NCBI GenBank assembly: GCA_000002445.1
Contig: CM000208.1
Span: forward strand, 832,001 to 896,000
Direction of reading: 5' to 3'
Origin: Trypanosoma brucei
Lineage: Eukaryota
Length of the DNA: 64,000 bases
Within the stretch, counting starts at the first letter, position 1; every line of letters begins with the position of its first letter. A program made the translations under genes and the position numbers. Below, piece after piece: positions 33,548 to 44,400 of the stretch. The notes under the pieces are model-generated. The model saw only the letters and a program-made list of their open reading frames with translations, ran no database searches and was not told the origin of the DNA.

Positions 33548-35907
33548 GACTCGCTGATGTTGTGTTTAGTGAGGTGCTCCATACATCAAATAAATGAATA
33601 TTTATTAATTTATTATTGTTTATTTACGCGTTATATAAACCGAAGTGTTTGTTTTTGTATTTGTTTAAAACCGTTTGCTTATAGGGAGCAAATGGAGCAT
33701 GATGGAAGAAAAAAATAAATAAGGACACATAGTGAGACTGATTGTGCTGTAATTGTGCGGTTGTGTGTTTTCTGTCACATCTGAAGAAAAGATAAGGTTC
33801 TTCTATTTTTTTATTTTTTCTACCGAAAGGGCGTAGTTTCCAAACAACGGCGGCGGCCTTTTGCAGTTGTGGAAGAAGGTGGGAAGGGAGTGGGAGGGGG
33901 ACGAGGTGTGTTACTGCTTTTAGTGAGAAAATATATGAGCACCGCATATATATTCTACCTTACTTTTTTTTCTATTCTTTTCTTGTTGCCACTCGCTCGT
34001 GGACTGTTGTCTAAACACACAGACAAATGTATATAATATATATATACTTATATATTTATTAATTTATTTATAATTGTGTCTGTATTTATATGTATGTTTG
34101 GTAACTGATCATGTGAAAGGAGGAAAAGGGAGATACGGCGGTGGAAGAGGAGAACGAAATAATAGAACGAAAATAAATGAAAAAGGAAAGGAAAAATGGA
34201 CATGAAGTGAGGTGAGAGGCAAATCACATTAAATCGAACACGAAATTTAGTAGAGTTTGTCATTGTTTGTGTTAGGGTGCTTGGAGGGAGAAAAGAAAGG
34301 TTTTTTTTTGTAGTGGTAGGAATGTTATAAACAGCCAAAATACATTAAGTGTGCCTTGCGTTCTCAGTTCTCAAGGGATTAGCACATTTACCTTTTTTTC
34401 TTCGTTTTATTTTGTTATTTCATGTGTGAGCACTTGTTCTCCCTTTTTTTTTCCCGCTTTTTTTTCCTGGTTCCTTAACTAACTCTCGTCGGCAATTCAG
34501 TCCTCGGTACCAGAGTATTTTTTTTTAATTTTTAGATAGGTTACTAACCCTTAATTACCCTCCTTAGTGAATTTCTACTTTTGTTTGCTTTTTTTAAATA
34601 TTATCTTTCATTTTTATTTTTATTTTTTACAATGCGGCGGGCGATGATACAAAAAAAAAAGAATTTCTCTCCCATGCTTCTTTTACTGTTTCATGTGTCA
34701 ACGCTGTGATACGTTATTATTGTTATCCGTTTATGCTCACATTTAAGCAGACGTGTGAAAGAAAGCAAAAAGGAAAAAGAAGTTTGGTAAAATGTTTGTT
34801 GAACGCATGCTACTGTATAACTTTATTTCGCATATCTGCATTTATTAACTCGTTGTTTCTTAGATTATATATTTGGTTTCCTTTTTTGTCTTTTTCTTTT
34901 ATTAAAGGGTAAAGTTGTTGTTTGCTGTTGTTTAGAATCAACATTCTCCCCCTCCTCCCCTCAATACTTGAAGCGGTAGTCACTCTTCTTCCTTTCCTTT
35001 CATGGATTCGTGACAAAAAAAAATTACCTCATGGAGGTATTAAAATGCGAAATGTTCCGTTTCACTCATTTCACTTCTCTGTGAAATTTTGTGTGGATGC
35101 AGAGATTCCTGTTCTTGCGGATGCGGGTATATATATAAATATATTTATATTACTTCTGATTATTTAGCAAATTGATGCAAGAGCATCATGGCTTGTAAGG
35201 CATGACTGTTAAGATTTCCTTTCGTTTCCTAAAGTGAAAATAATGAATATATGCGTTATTCCATCACTGAAGCATAGACATGAGCAGGTGCCACATGTTT
35301 GGACTGTGCTTCAACATATTGTTTGCGTTTGAATGTCGATTGGAGGTTTCGTTATTTGATTTAAACCTCTGTAAATTCTATAGGGTCTTCACTTTAGCTC
35401 GGGCAGAACGCAGTGAAAGTGAGGGATCTGTGGAACGAGGCAGCCGGCACTGTGTGGTTGGTGGTTTCGGTTCCTGAAACTTTGTGTATTTAAAAAAAGG
35501 AAATCACACACATAATCGTCACTATGAGCAATACATAGTGTGGCAGGTGTGTGGTTATTTATTGATTTATTTCGAATCTTCAGTATATGCAAGTTTTTTG
35601 GTACTTAAACGTCGCTACAACTGAAGTAGAGGTTCCTTCGTTTCCCCAATATTAGCTGTGTGGAAGAGGAGTTACTCCATATGTGGTGTTACGTGAGGAT
35701 TCTTCGGTTAATGAATCCATTTATATTCGAGAAAAGAAGTGATTTTTTTTCTTTGCTTCGATGTCTGATCTGCTGCGCTGGAAACTAAGGGAGTGTGGTT
35801 GTTGTCGTACTTCTCACATATACCTTCCCTTTTTCACATTGTTTGTTGTTGTCAATTATCCATATCAAAAGTTAAAGCGCAGGTAATAATTACATTAATA
35901 AAATCTC

Positions 35908-38730
35908 ATGCCGCGGTTGTTGTTACCGTGTGGTGTTGAGCTCATCAACAGCAGCACCTCACAACCTCATAATATGTTGGTGAATGAGGAACAGAGAGGA
36001 CTTGAGGAGCGATCGGTACTGAATGCCGAAATGGACTTTTTCACCGACGAGTATCTCTCCGCTCACGCAGGTGCCACCCGCCCTCACACCACCATTAGCG
36101 GGAACACAAGGGAGACATGCAATGGAGAGCAGGGATCGTGTGTTTCACAGGAAAGGACTACAGAGGGTTCAATCGCAGCTATCGATTGCGATGTTTCACT
36201 GCAACTCATTCAATCGGGCCGGGGCAGTGGCCACAGTGTTGTATACACTGTTCGTGTACCTGCGGCGGTCTCATTCTCATCCCCATCGACAGAATCGGAA
36301 TTGGCGGCTAACGGCTCTGCTACCTCTCTGCGCCTGCAACAAATTGTCAATTCAGAGTGGCGGAACAGGAAGGAGGAAATGACCAACATGGGTGGCGCAT
36401 GGGAGGGAAGGGAATCCACTCCAACTGCAGCCACCTGTTGTTGCGATGCATTTGATTGCGAAGAAGCTGCTGCTGGTCCCAACTACCCCGCTGACCGTTT
36501 TCGTGGCCGCAGGTTGGCGACGCCCAAAGCAACACCTTATGGAACGGGAGCCGATCCTTCTGCTACTCATTTCGAAGAAACTTTCCGTAACACTGCCTTC
36601 AGTATATCAGAGACTGGGATCAACCCTGTCTCACATCTGCCGCCCGTATGTGCGGTGCGGTTACCACCCGATTTTGTGTTCGGGTTACGACTTCCACCAG
36701 ATACGGAAAGGCGACTTGTTGAGCTGTACAATGGTGGATCGGTAACTCTGAGAGAGGTGAAAACACCAAAAATTCCCAAGTGGCTCACCGCTTTTTTCTA
36801 CACCTCGGGGGTGCGTTGCCAACTTTCCACACCACTTCCTTCGACTCCGGAGACCAGACTGGTCGGAGGGTTGATGAACAAGCTTTCCGCAGTTTCCGTG
36901 TTGGAAGGGTTTTGCATCGCCGCTCTCCATGTTGTTTCTCATATGGGTGAGTTACGGTTGCATAACGGGGGCCAGAAACTCCACGTGAGTGAAACGGCAG
37001 GGGTGGATGATGCACAGCGTTGCTTGCTGGATGAAGGTGGCATCTTTGCTCACACACAGGAGGAACAAATAAGGCTCTGGCTGCATCGTTATGTTCCGCA
37101 AGAGGCATACACAAATGGCAGGGATGGAGATGTTGCGCAAAGAGACGCAGATTCAACTTCCGTGTATCCATCAGCTGTGGCCGTTGTGTACTACATCGCC
37201 ATTGAACTAGCACGGGGACTGTTCCCCTGCATTCTTTCAGGGTTGGAAGCTACAATTCTTACTGCATTGCAGCCACTTGTCAGCGCACAGACTCTGATCC
37301 CAGAGGTTTCCGGATGCAGATCATCGCGTTTACCGCGGCCAGCGAGCCACAACCGTGCGATTTCGCTGCTGACACAGAGCCCTATGTCTTTATGGTGGTG
37401 GTGGCGGCAACGTGACTCCCACAGTGATGCTGTAGAGAGAGAGTGTAATGGGAAAAACAAGGCTCTTTCCTCCCTCCCAATTCGCTGTCCGAATGCAGTC
37501 GCCACTGCAAGGGGATATGGCGCGGTCCGATTTTTAAAGTTTTTTTCATTCTTCTGCGTAGAGCAAATCACGGCTGAGACACGGCACGTTGAAGAAGCGA
37601 GGGAGTTTTTCGAGGTGGCACAGTTCCTTGCTTCGTCCTCAGCACTTTTCAGTGAACTACTATTGGATCGTGAGGTAATGAGCGTCCTGGAGCGAACTAC
37701 AACAGAAGTTGGTAAACTCACTCGTAAAGAAGCAGAAGATTGCGGTCATGGTCGAGCCAATGCTGAGCCTACACAAGTAACGCGGATCCTAATGCGTTGC
37801 TTCGTTGTGCTTATCTGTTGGATGGCGTTTCGGCCCTCAGGGTACTCTCGTTCACTTGCGCGAACGTACTTTGCATATATTCTGCGCCCCGCCTCCTGCT
37901 TGTGTGAGCTGTCGATGAAAAGGGGAATGATATCCGATGCGGCTAAGAAGGATGGGGTAAATTCGGCATTAGTGGCTTGCGTGCACGATTACTTTTCAAA
38001 AATATCTTCGCTGTTGCATGCGGTTCGTGGCTTTAGCCGCCCGCAGCGCCGTCGAAGGCAGCAAGCGGATTTTCCTTCCCGAAACCCGTGGAGACCTCTT
38101 GGGTGTACTGAAGAGGTCAGTGTTCTTGGTAACGGCGATTGTGGTTGTAATGATGACCAAACAACTATTACTTCACGCAGTCATGCATCTGCAAGTTCCT
38201 TCCTCCCCACCCACTCTTCAAACGGCATTGCAACAAATCCCGCCCATCACCTGCTTACACGCGGTTTGTCTTGCGCTACTTCCGAGGATGAACTGATATT
38301 CTCGTCGCATTCGTTGCGACTTCTCCGCCACGCCATCCGCCATGCCCGTGGTGTTCTTCAGTCACTTAGAAGTGATGTGCTCGGAACCAGCGAATGCACG
38401 GCAGCTTTTGACGTGGTGACCGGTTCAAAGCGGTTCCGCGAGAGTTCGGGTACCAGTACCTTAGAAGGGGCATATGACCAATGTGCACCGCAGTGTGAGA
38501 TGAAATGCGCATGTGCCAAAACACCACAACTACATCATTTTTTGGGTGAATGCGAGGACCCTTCACTATATGTCGGAGGTGTCTTATGGAGCGTTTCAAG
38601 TGAAGATGAGGAGGATAGTGCCGGTATATTTACCACCTCCACCACAACCAACCCAACAACACCAACCACCGCGAGTGATAGTGGCACCGGCAGCGCGATT
38701 GAAGCCACATCGTGGCATTTTGTTGAATAG
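35908..38730 (+). CDS. hypothetical protein, 940 aa
   Basis: ATG-initiated 2.8-kb ORF with complex composition. No recognisable domain. Confidence 0.6.
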   Translation: MPRLLLPCGVELINSSTSQPHNMLVNEEQRGLEERSVLNAEMDFFTDEYLSAHAGATRPHTTISGNTRETCNGEQGSCVSQERTTEGSIAAIDCDVSLQLIQSGRGSGHSVVYTVRVPAAVSFSSPSTESELAANGSATSLRLQQIVNSEWRNRKEEMTNMGGAWEGRESTPTAATCCCDAFDCEEAAAGPNYPADRFRGRRLATPKATPYGTGADPSATHFEETFRNTAFSISETGINPVSHLPPVCAVRLPPDFVFGLRLPPDTERRLVELYNGGSVTLREVKTPKIPKWLTAFFYTSGVRCQLSTPLPSTPETRLVGGLMNKLSAVSVLEGFCIAALHVVSHMGELRLHNGGQKLHVSETAGVDDAQRCLLDEGGIFAHTQEEQIRLWLHRYVPQEAYTNGRDGDVAQRDADSTSVYPSAVAVVYYIAIELARGLFPCILSGLEATILTALQPLVSAQTLIPEVSGCRSSRLPRPASHNRAISLLTQSPMSLWWWWRQRDSHSDAVERECNGKNKALSSLPIRCPNAVATARGYGAVRFLKFFSFFCVEQITAETRHVEEAREFFEVAQFLASSSALFSELLLDREVMSVLERTTTEVGKLTRKEAEDCGHGRANAEPTQVTRILMRCFVVLICWMAFRPSGYSRSLARTYFAYILRPASCLCELSMKRGMISDAAKKDGVNSALVACVHDYFSKISSLLHAVRGFSRPQRRRRQQADFPSRNPWRPLGCTEEVSVLGNGDCGCNDDQTTITSRSHASASSFLPTHSSNGIATNPAHHLLTRGLSCATSEDELIFSSHSLRLLRHAIRHARGVLQSLRSDVLGTSECTAAFDVVTGSKRFRESSGTSTLEGAYDQCAPQCEMKCACAKTPQLHHFLGECEDPSLYVGGVLWSVSSEDEEDSAGIFTTSTTTNPTTPTTASDSGTGSAIEATSWHFVE

Positions 38731-40108
38731 TGTGGTTGGATTGTTGTTATCATTCACTTATTTTAAAGGGGGAAATATGCTCAAAACTAATCTCATTAAT
38801 ACTACCACCACTGCCTCCCTGCGGCTATAGCGTTTTAAGTGCATTGGGGGGTGGTACATAGACAAAACGTTTTCTCGTCGTTGTAGTTCGAAAATCTTCC
38901 CCCTTCTTATTTTATTTTCCCTTATCGCGCTTATCACTTCGTTCTTAACAGCGCTGATTACTTTCTCTAGCGGGTGTTGTGAAACTGCATGGAAGACTTT
39001 TCTTCTTTCTTTTTCTCCATACGATTATTTCTATCATTAAATATTTCGTTCTTTCTCTTAGTTATTTATACTGTGTTTATCTTCCCTCGTTTTCTAAAAA
39101 CAAAAATGCCTTCTCTGTGTTTAAGTTATTTTTTTTCTTTAAAAAATAAATTATTGTTATTATTATTTGTTGGTTACCGTGTATTCAGCCGTAGAGGCAC
39201 TTTAGTTCCCGCGTTTGAGAGTGAAACCAGAATATTTGTTTAATCTTCACATGCGTAACAAACAGAAACCCCTCGTTACGAGAAGGGATATGAATGCTCC
39301 ATGCGAGAAGAGTAAGCACAAGATTTTATCCCCTGCCACTTTTTTTCTTTTTACACTCCAGTTTCACAGAGTCATAGCACCTACTCCCGGAAGCGCCTCA
39401 CGTGTTCTGATATGGGAGTCACTTTTTCATTTCATTTCATTTTTAATTGCTATCTCTTTTATAAGTGATCCCTCTGTTTCATTAATTTCAAAATCGTTAT
39501 ATTAGCCTTTAAAAACTTTCAGTGTGATCTTTCCGTTGTTGTTTTACCATCCCTTATTCTTCCCACTTTTTTTTTGCTTTTTGATCATATGATCAATTTT
39601 TAAAAACAATATATTATTTCGATTCTTTACTTTATTGATTATTTTTGTTTCTTTTATTGTTTTCTTTACTGTTTGTTTGTTTGTTTTTTTCAGTTGATGA
39701 GATTGTGATTTTGACAGGTTTTGTTTTTTGTTTTGTTCCTCTCCTCCACACCAACGAAAACAGAATGGAATAAATATTCAACAAGGTGAGGAAAGGGAGA
39801 GAATGAGAGATGAGGTGAGGTGAAACGATGTGACATTGCCACTCTGCAGGAAAGATGGTAAAATAACCCATTTCTTGTAATATTATGGCGTTGCGCCTTT
39901 CACATTCGTCACAGCGAAGCCGATACATTTCTTCTTCCGCTTTCCACATACGTCAATTTCCTCTTTTTTTTTTTACCATATATTGATTAATTTTAACTAC
40001 CTAGACAATTGCCGTTTGTGTCAATTCACTTTCTATTACGTTCTTTTCTCTTGTGCCTCAATCTCATATTTTCAAAACCTAATGTAAAGGTTCTACTGTA
40101 AAGGGAGG

Positions 40109-40453
40109 ATGGCACAATCGATAAACCCTGCAGACACGTTAGCGTGTACATACGCTTCTCTAATGCTGAGCGATGCTGGTCTCCCCATCACTGCCGAGAG
40201 CATTAACTCCGCCTGCAAGGCTGCTGGTTTGGAAGTACGTGACACACTGCCCATCCTTTTTGCTCGTTTCCTTGAGAAGAAACCGATCGAAAGCCTTTTA
40301 GCTGCCGCTGCAGCCGTTGCTCCTCAAGAAGGAGCTCTTCCTGCTGCTCCGGCCGCTGCTGCCGCTGGTGGCGCTGCTCCTGCTGCTGCTGACGACAAGA
40401 AGAAGGAGGAAGAAGAGGATGATGACGATATGGGCTTCGGTTTATTTGATTGA
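40109..40453 (+). CDS. RPLP1: 60S acidic ribosomal stalk protein, P1-type (P1/P2 family), 114 aa, copy 1
   Basis: LACTYASLMLSDAGLPITAESINSACKAAGLEVRDTLPILFARFL matches the P1 N-domain ([46 protein letters not shown]). It has an Ala/Pro-rich hinge and the canonical C-terminus KKEEEEDDDDMGFGLFD. Confidence 0.9.
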   Translation: MAQSINPADTLACTYASLMLSDAGLPITAESINSACKAAGLEVRDTLPILFARFLEKKPIESLLAAAAAVAPQEGALPAAPAAAAAGGAAPAAADDKKKEEEEDDDDMGFGLFD

Positions 40454-40731
40454 GCACCCGTTTTGGCGGCGTCGCTTTGAGCAACCTACGACGGACCAAA
40501 GTTGTTTGATTTCATTTTCTTATTTTGTATCCCCAGAAGGCGTTGTGCACTCTTTCTTGTTTTGAATAACTTCTCCTTTGTTACTCGGTATCACGAGTCC
40601 ACACACTTTTCCAACCACACACTAGAGGCTACTCATCGCCGTAAACATTTGTGATGCACTTTGCTCCATCTCCTTTTTTCCTCGTTTGGTATTTGTATGC
40701 ACATGAATATATAGCAGTCTTGCACCCAAGG

Positions 40732-41076
40732 ATGGCACAATCGATAAACCCTGCAGACACGTTAGCGTGTACATACGCTTCTCTAATGCTGAGCGATGCT
40801 GGTCTCCCCATCACTGCCGAGAGCATTAACTCCGCCTGCAAGGCTGCTGGTTTGGAAGTACGTGACACACTGCCCATCCTTTTTGCTCGTTTCCTTGAGA
40901 AGAAACCGATCGAAAGCCTTTTAGCTGCCGCTGCAGCCGTTGCTCCTCAAGAAGGAGCTCTTCCTGCTGCTCCGGCCGCTGCTGCCGCTGGTGGCGCTGC
41001 TCCTGCTGCTGCTGACGACAAGAAGAAGGAGGAAGAAGAGGATGATGACGATATGGGCTTCGGTTTATTTGATTGA
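40732..41076 (+). CDS. RPLP1: 60S acidic ribosomal stalk protein, P1-type, copy 2 (100% identical CDS to copy 1)
   Basis: Identical 345-nt CDS, 623 bp downstream of copy 1. The ORF-track N-terminal extension from 40651 is spurious; the ATG is at 40732. Confidence 0.9.
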   Translation: MAQSINPADTLACTYASLMLSDAGLPITAESINSACKAAGLEVRDTLPILFARFLEKKPIESLLAAAAAVAPQEGALPAAPAAAAAGGAAPAAADDKKKEEEEDDDDMGFGLFD

Positions 41077-41481
41077 GCACCCGTTTTGGCGGCTTCGGTC
41101 GCCGTTGGTGTAGCTGGACACGTGGACGGCAACTTTTATTTCTTCCCCCTTTTTTCGCTTTCATCATTTTATTTACTGCATATTGTTCTTCGTCTTTGGG
41201 ACCAATGTGGTCGCGAAACGCATGCCGTCCGTACGCACTGTCAGATACTCGCTGCTCTTGTTCAACCGTATTTCATTCAATGAAATTGTTGGCACTATAC
41301 CCAATTTGTAATAATGATAATAATTATAACGACTTCATGCTATAGATTCGAGGTGGATTAGTAGTTTCATACCCTCTGTCATTTTTTGTCGTGTTGCCGG
41401 AAGGCGAGACAGGTAACTCCAATTAATACGATTGTTCCAACACAATCGGGGCGCCAAAGCATCCAGTTTCGCAGAGCCGCT

Positions 41482-44400
41482 ATGAGCGGCCGCGGAGGAT
41501 CTCGTGCACAGTCACCATGCGTGACCCCTTCGCGGTGTTTCTTAACGAACCCCTTCAAAATCTCACCTGCGCAAACACCGAAGACGACGTACCTCATGCG
41601 AATACTTGGCGAAAGTATACGGCGCTCAAGTAACGTCGTGGCAACAGTGGCAGCCACTGTCGTGTTACTTGAGGATGACGGCTTCTCCACCAATTCTGAG
41701 TTCTTGATGAAGTGGTGGCGTATGTTGGAGAGATGTCTCGGGGAGTTGGCGGGTGTCGTGAATAGCTGTGAAGAGAATATCAGGGAGAAGGACATGCGGG
41801 TTTTGCTTGCACTTTCACATGGTTTTGCTCTTGCAGCCCAATTGTCATCATTGGAACGTCGGTTCCTCGCCTGTTTACATCGTTTTGCCGAGGTTTGTGA
41901 AGGGGCTGAAACTGTTGGTGCGGGGGAGAAGCTATCTGGTGCATTGTCAGACATTACTTCCCTGCTGAAAGGGGAAGAAACGATACTGGTAGCGATTAGA
42001 AGACAGGAAGCAAATTACATCGAGAAAGCTATCGCACTCCAGGAAGAGGTATTTCGTGTGGGGGAGGAGGGTGAACCGTTTTTCGGCAAAGTGGAGGAGC
42101 CCGAGACGAGAAGGACGTACTTGGGGAGTCTGTGGCATGCTCTCACTGCGCCATTTGATGATTCGGAAGAGGTGAATAATGAACAACTAGTCGCTGCGGA
42201 CGGGGGCGATTGGAGTCAACTCATCTCCACCTTTGGCAGCGGTGGTGGGGCTTCAGTTTGCAATTGGGACGACTCAATGTTACTAAACTCAATCGTGGAA
42301 TGCGCCTTCGCGTCCGCGGAGCAGCAGCACACGCTTCTTTCGGAGCGCAATTTCGCAGTAGCGCTCTTCTTGTTTTCTACGAAATGTAACGTACTGGAGG
42401 AGTTGGTGGAAGTCTGCTTCCAGTTGAGACTCGGAAACGGTGGTCTGTTTGGATTTGAGAAACTAATGTACACCGATGTGTCATCACAGCGAGAAAGGAC
42501 GGTAGATTGGCTCTCTACCATTTTATCGCCGTTACGCGAAGATGTTTTGCATTTAGAACTTTGTGACGGCAACCCAAAACCCCCATATTTTGTGGCTGTA
42601 GTTTTCCTTACATTACTGTGGAATACAACATACTGCATGTGGAAGCGGGGGTGCATTAGGGAGGCATACGAGTGGTTGCGGGTAGTAGACTTGGGACAAC
42701 TGCGGCGGATGGCGAAGGCTGAGGATGAGAGGGGGATGAAGCGAGAGATATCTCCGGAAAGTGGAGTCAACAGTGAAGCCGAAGATGTAGGAAATGTACA
42801 AGAGGAGTTGAAGTACACTGGATCACTTTCGTGGGATTACATTGTGCACCGGGCAGCGGGGTGTCCGGGACCCGATCGGGCTAAACAAGTTCACAGACAT
42901 AGCGAAGTAGATTTTAGGCATGATAGGAGCGGACAACTAATGTGGTTCGTCCACCACATCAGTTGCCTGCGGAATGCTTGTGCTCTCGCTCTTCTTTGTA
43001 GTACCCCACATGATGTAATGTACATTATATCCAAATTTCATCACTCGCGCCGCTGGCAGTGGCGTCAATGTGTTTATTTACACGAAAGTGCGAAAGACGC
43101 CGGAGCTAACCTCTCGGCAGAGTTTGGAGTTGTAGATTCAAAGTTTGAAGTGTTATCCCTTACTAATTTTATCGTGGAGAACTATCTTGCAAGGCGTTCT
43201 GTGCGAATGTATCATTTTCGATCCCCGCCATCACCGAGGAAGGCAACGTCTTCAGACACGACTATTGAAGGGTCGGTTGTGCATGTGTGTGATGAGCTCA
43301 TTTGTAGCATGAGTTACGGCAGGTTCTCTGGAGTTAAGGAGATGGAGGAGGCGATGTTTTCTGAGTTGTTTGGTGCCTGTTGCGAGGGGGAAATCGGTGA
43401 GGAAACAGGAGGAGAAGCAACAACTGAAGGAGATGATGGTAGTCAGAGAAGACTTAATTGGTTGGAGGTGCACGTTGCCAAGGTGGCTGTCGCCTTCGCT
43501 CGGGATTTTCGCGGTAATATATATTTTCAAAACGCTTGGGTGGGAACTGAAAGAGGTGCAAGAAGTGAGAAACATTCGGGTGGTGGTGCCGAAGAGGCCA
43601 GTTGGTCCTCAGTGTTGCCGTTGGTTAAAGGTTTGCATGGTTCTGCTGCGCACCCACCGATGCCCACAGATGCTGGAGGAGGGAACCAACCCATTAACGC
43701 CTGCTCCCAGGGAACAACACACCATGAATTTGAAAAGGAGCCCCAAGGATTGTTGCGTCACGTCAGTTGTATGGTTCCAGTGCGGATGACACCTCCTCGG
43801 GTCGAGCATCAAGCAGAGAATGAGAGGTGCACCTTGTGGCTTCCTTCAAGAAAGGGCGTTGGACTACTTCTACTTCCAGAGGAAACTGATGTGAATGGAG
43901 AATACGATTCTTTCGGTGAGGTTGCGTTGCGATTGTTGGTTATTGCATGTCGATATTGTGACTCAATGAAACTACTCCCCCTGCACAGTCGTTTTTCCCA
44001 TCATGCAGTGCCAGAGGCCGGGAGAGTAGACGCTGAGAATAACGATCATTTAAGCGGATGGGACAGTTGTCATGCGTTGCTGCCCTCTGTCGTGCATGAA
44101 CTTAACGTTGGGCTTTCACTAATTACTGACGAGCTTAGGAGCAGCGCCGGGGGTGATGTTCTCTCGGTGTGGCATCAACAAAGGGACTCAAGCATTAGTC
44201 GTTTCCGTCTCAATCACTTAGTTAGCGTTACTTTGCATGGATTGTGCTCTGATGCGTTGACTTCGATAGAACTACAGATGCGGGAGGAGTCGTCTGTAAT
44301 TTCGGCTCGATGTACCATTAGCCAAGCAGTGGGTGCGGTACAGGAAAGCGATCAAGGTGAGCTTACCGTCATAGACTCATGCAGTACTCCTAGAGATCTT

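Larger units (their letters stand above)
40106..41097 (+). repeat. Tandem direct duplication (two units of about 623 bp) carrying the P1 genes; identity runs from about 3 nt upstream of the ATG to about 20 nt past the stop and is lost in the flanks
   Basis: I compared the two copies directly. The flanks diverge (ctgtaaagggagg vs gcacccaagg upstream; gtcgctttgag vs ttcggtcgccg downstream). Confidence 0.9.

Noticed and set aside
35560-35600. TTCGAATC T-loop-like string and other candidate tRNA or snRNA signals (11090 cgattcc; 11780 ggttcgtggg)
   Set aside because: None is preceded by GG, has the matching acceptor or anticodon-stem complementarity, or shows A/B box spacing. No tRNA-like cloverleaf could be assembled by eye, so no tRNA or snRNA is reported.
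40651-40731. N-terminal extension of the second P1 ORF (MMHFAPSPFFLVWYLYAHEYIAVLHPR)
   Set aside because: The extension starts at a non-ATG or alternative start and is hydrophobic nonsense. The identical copy 1 starts at the MAQSINP ATG, so 40732 is the true start.
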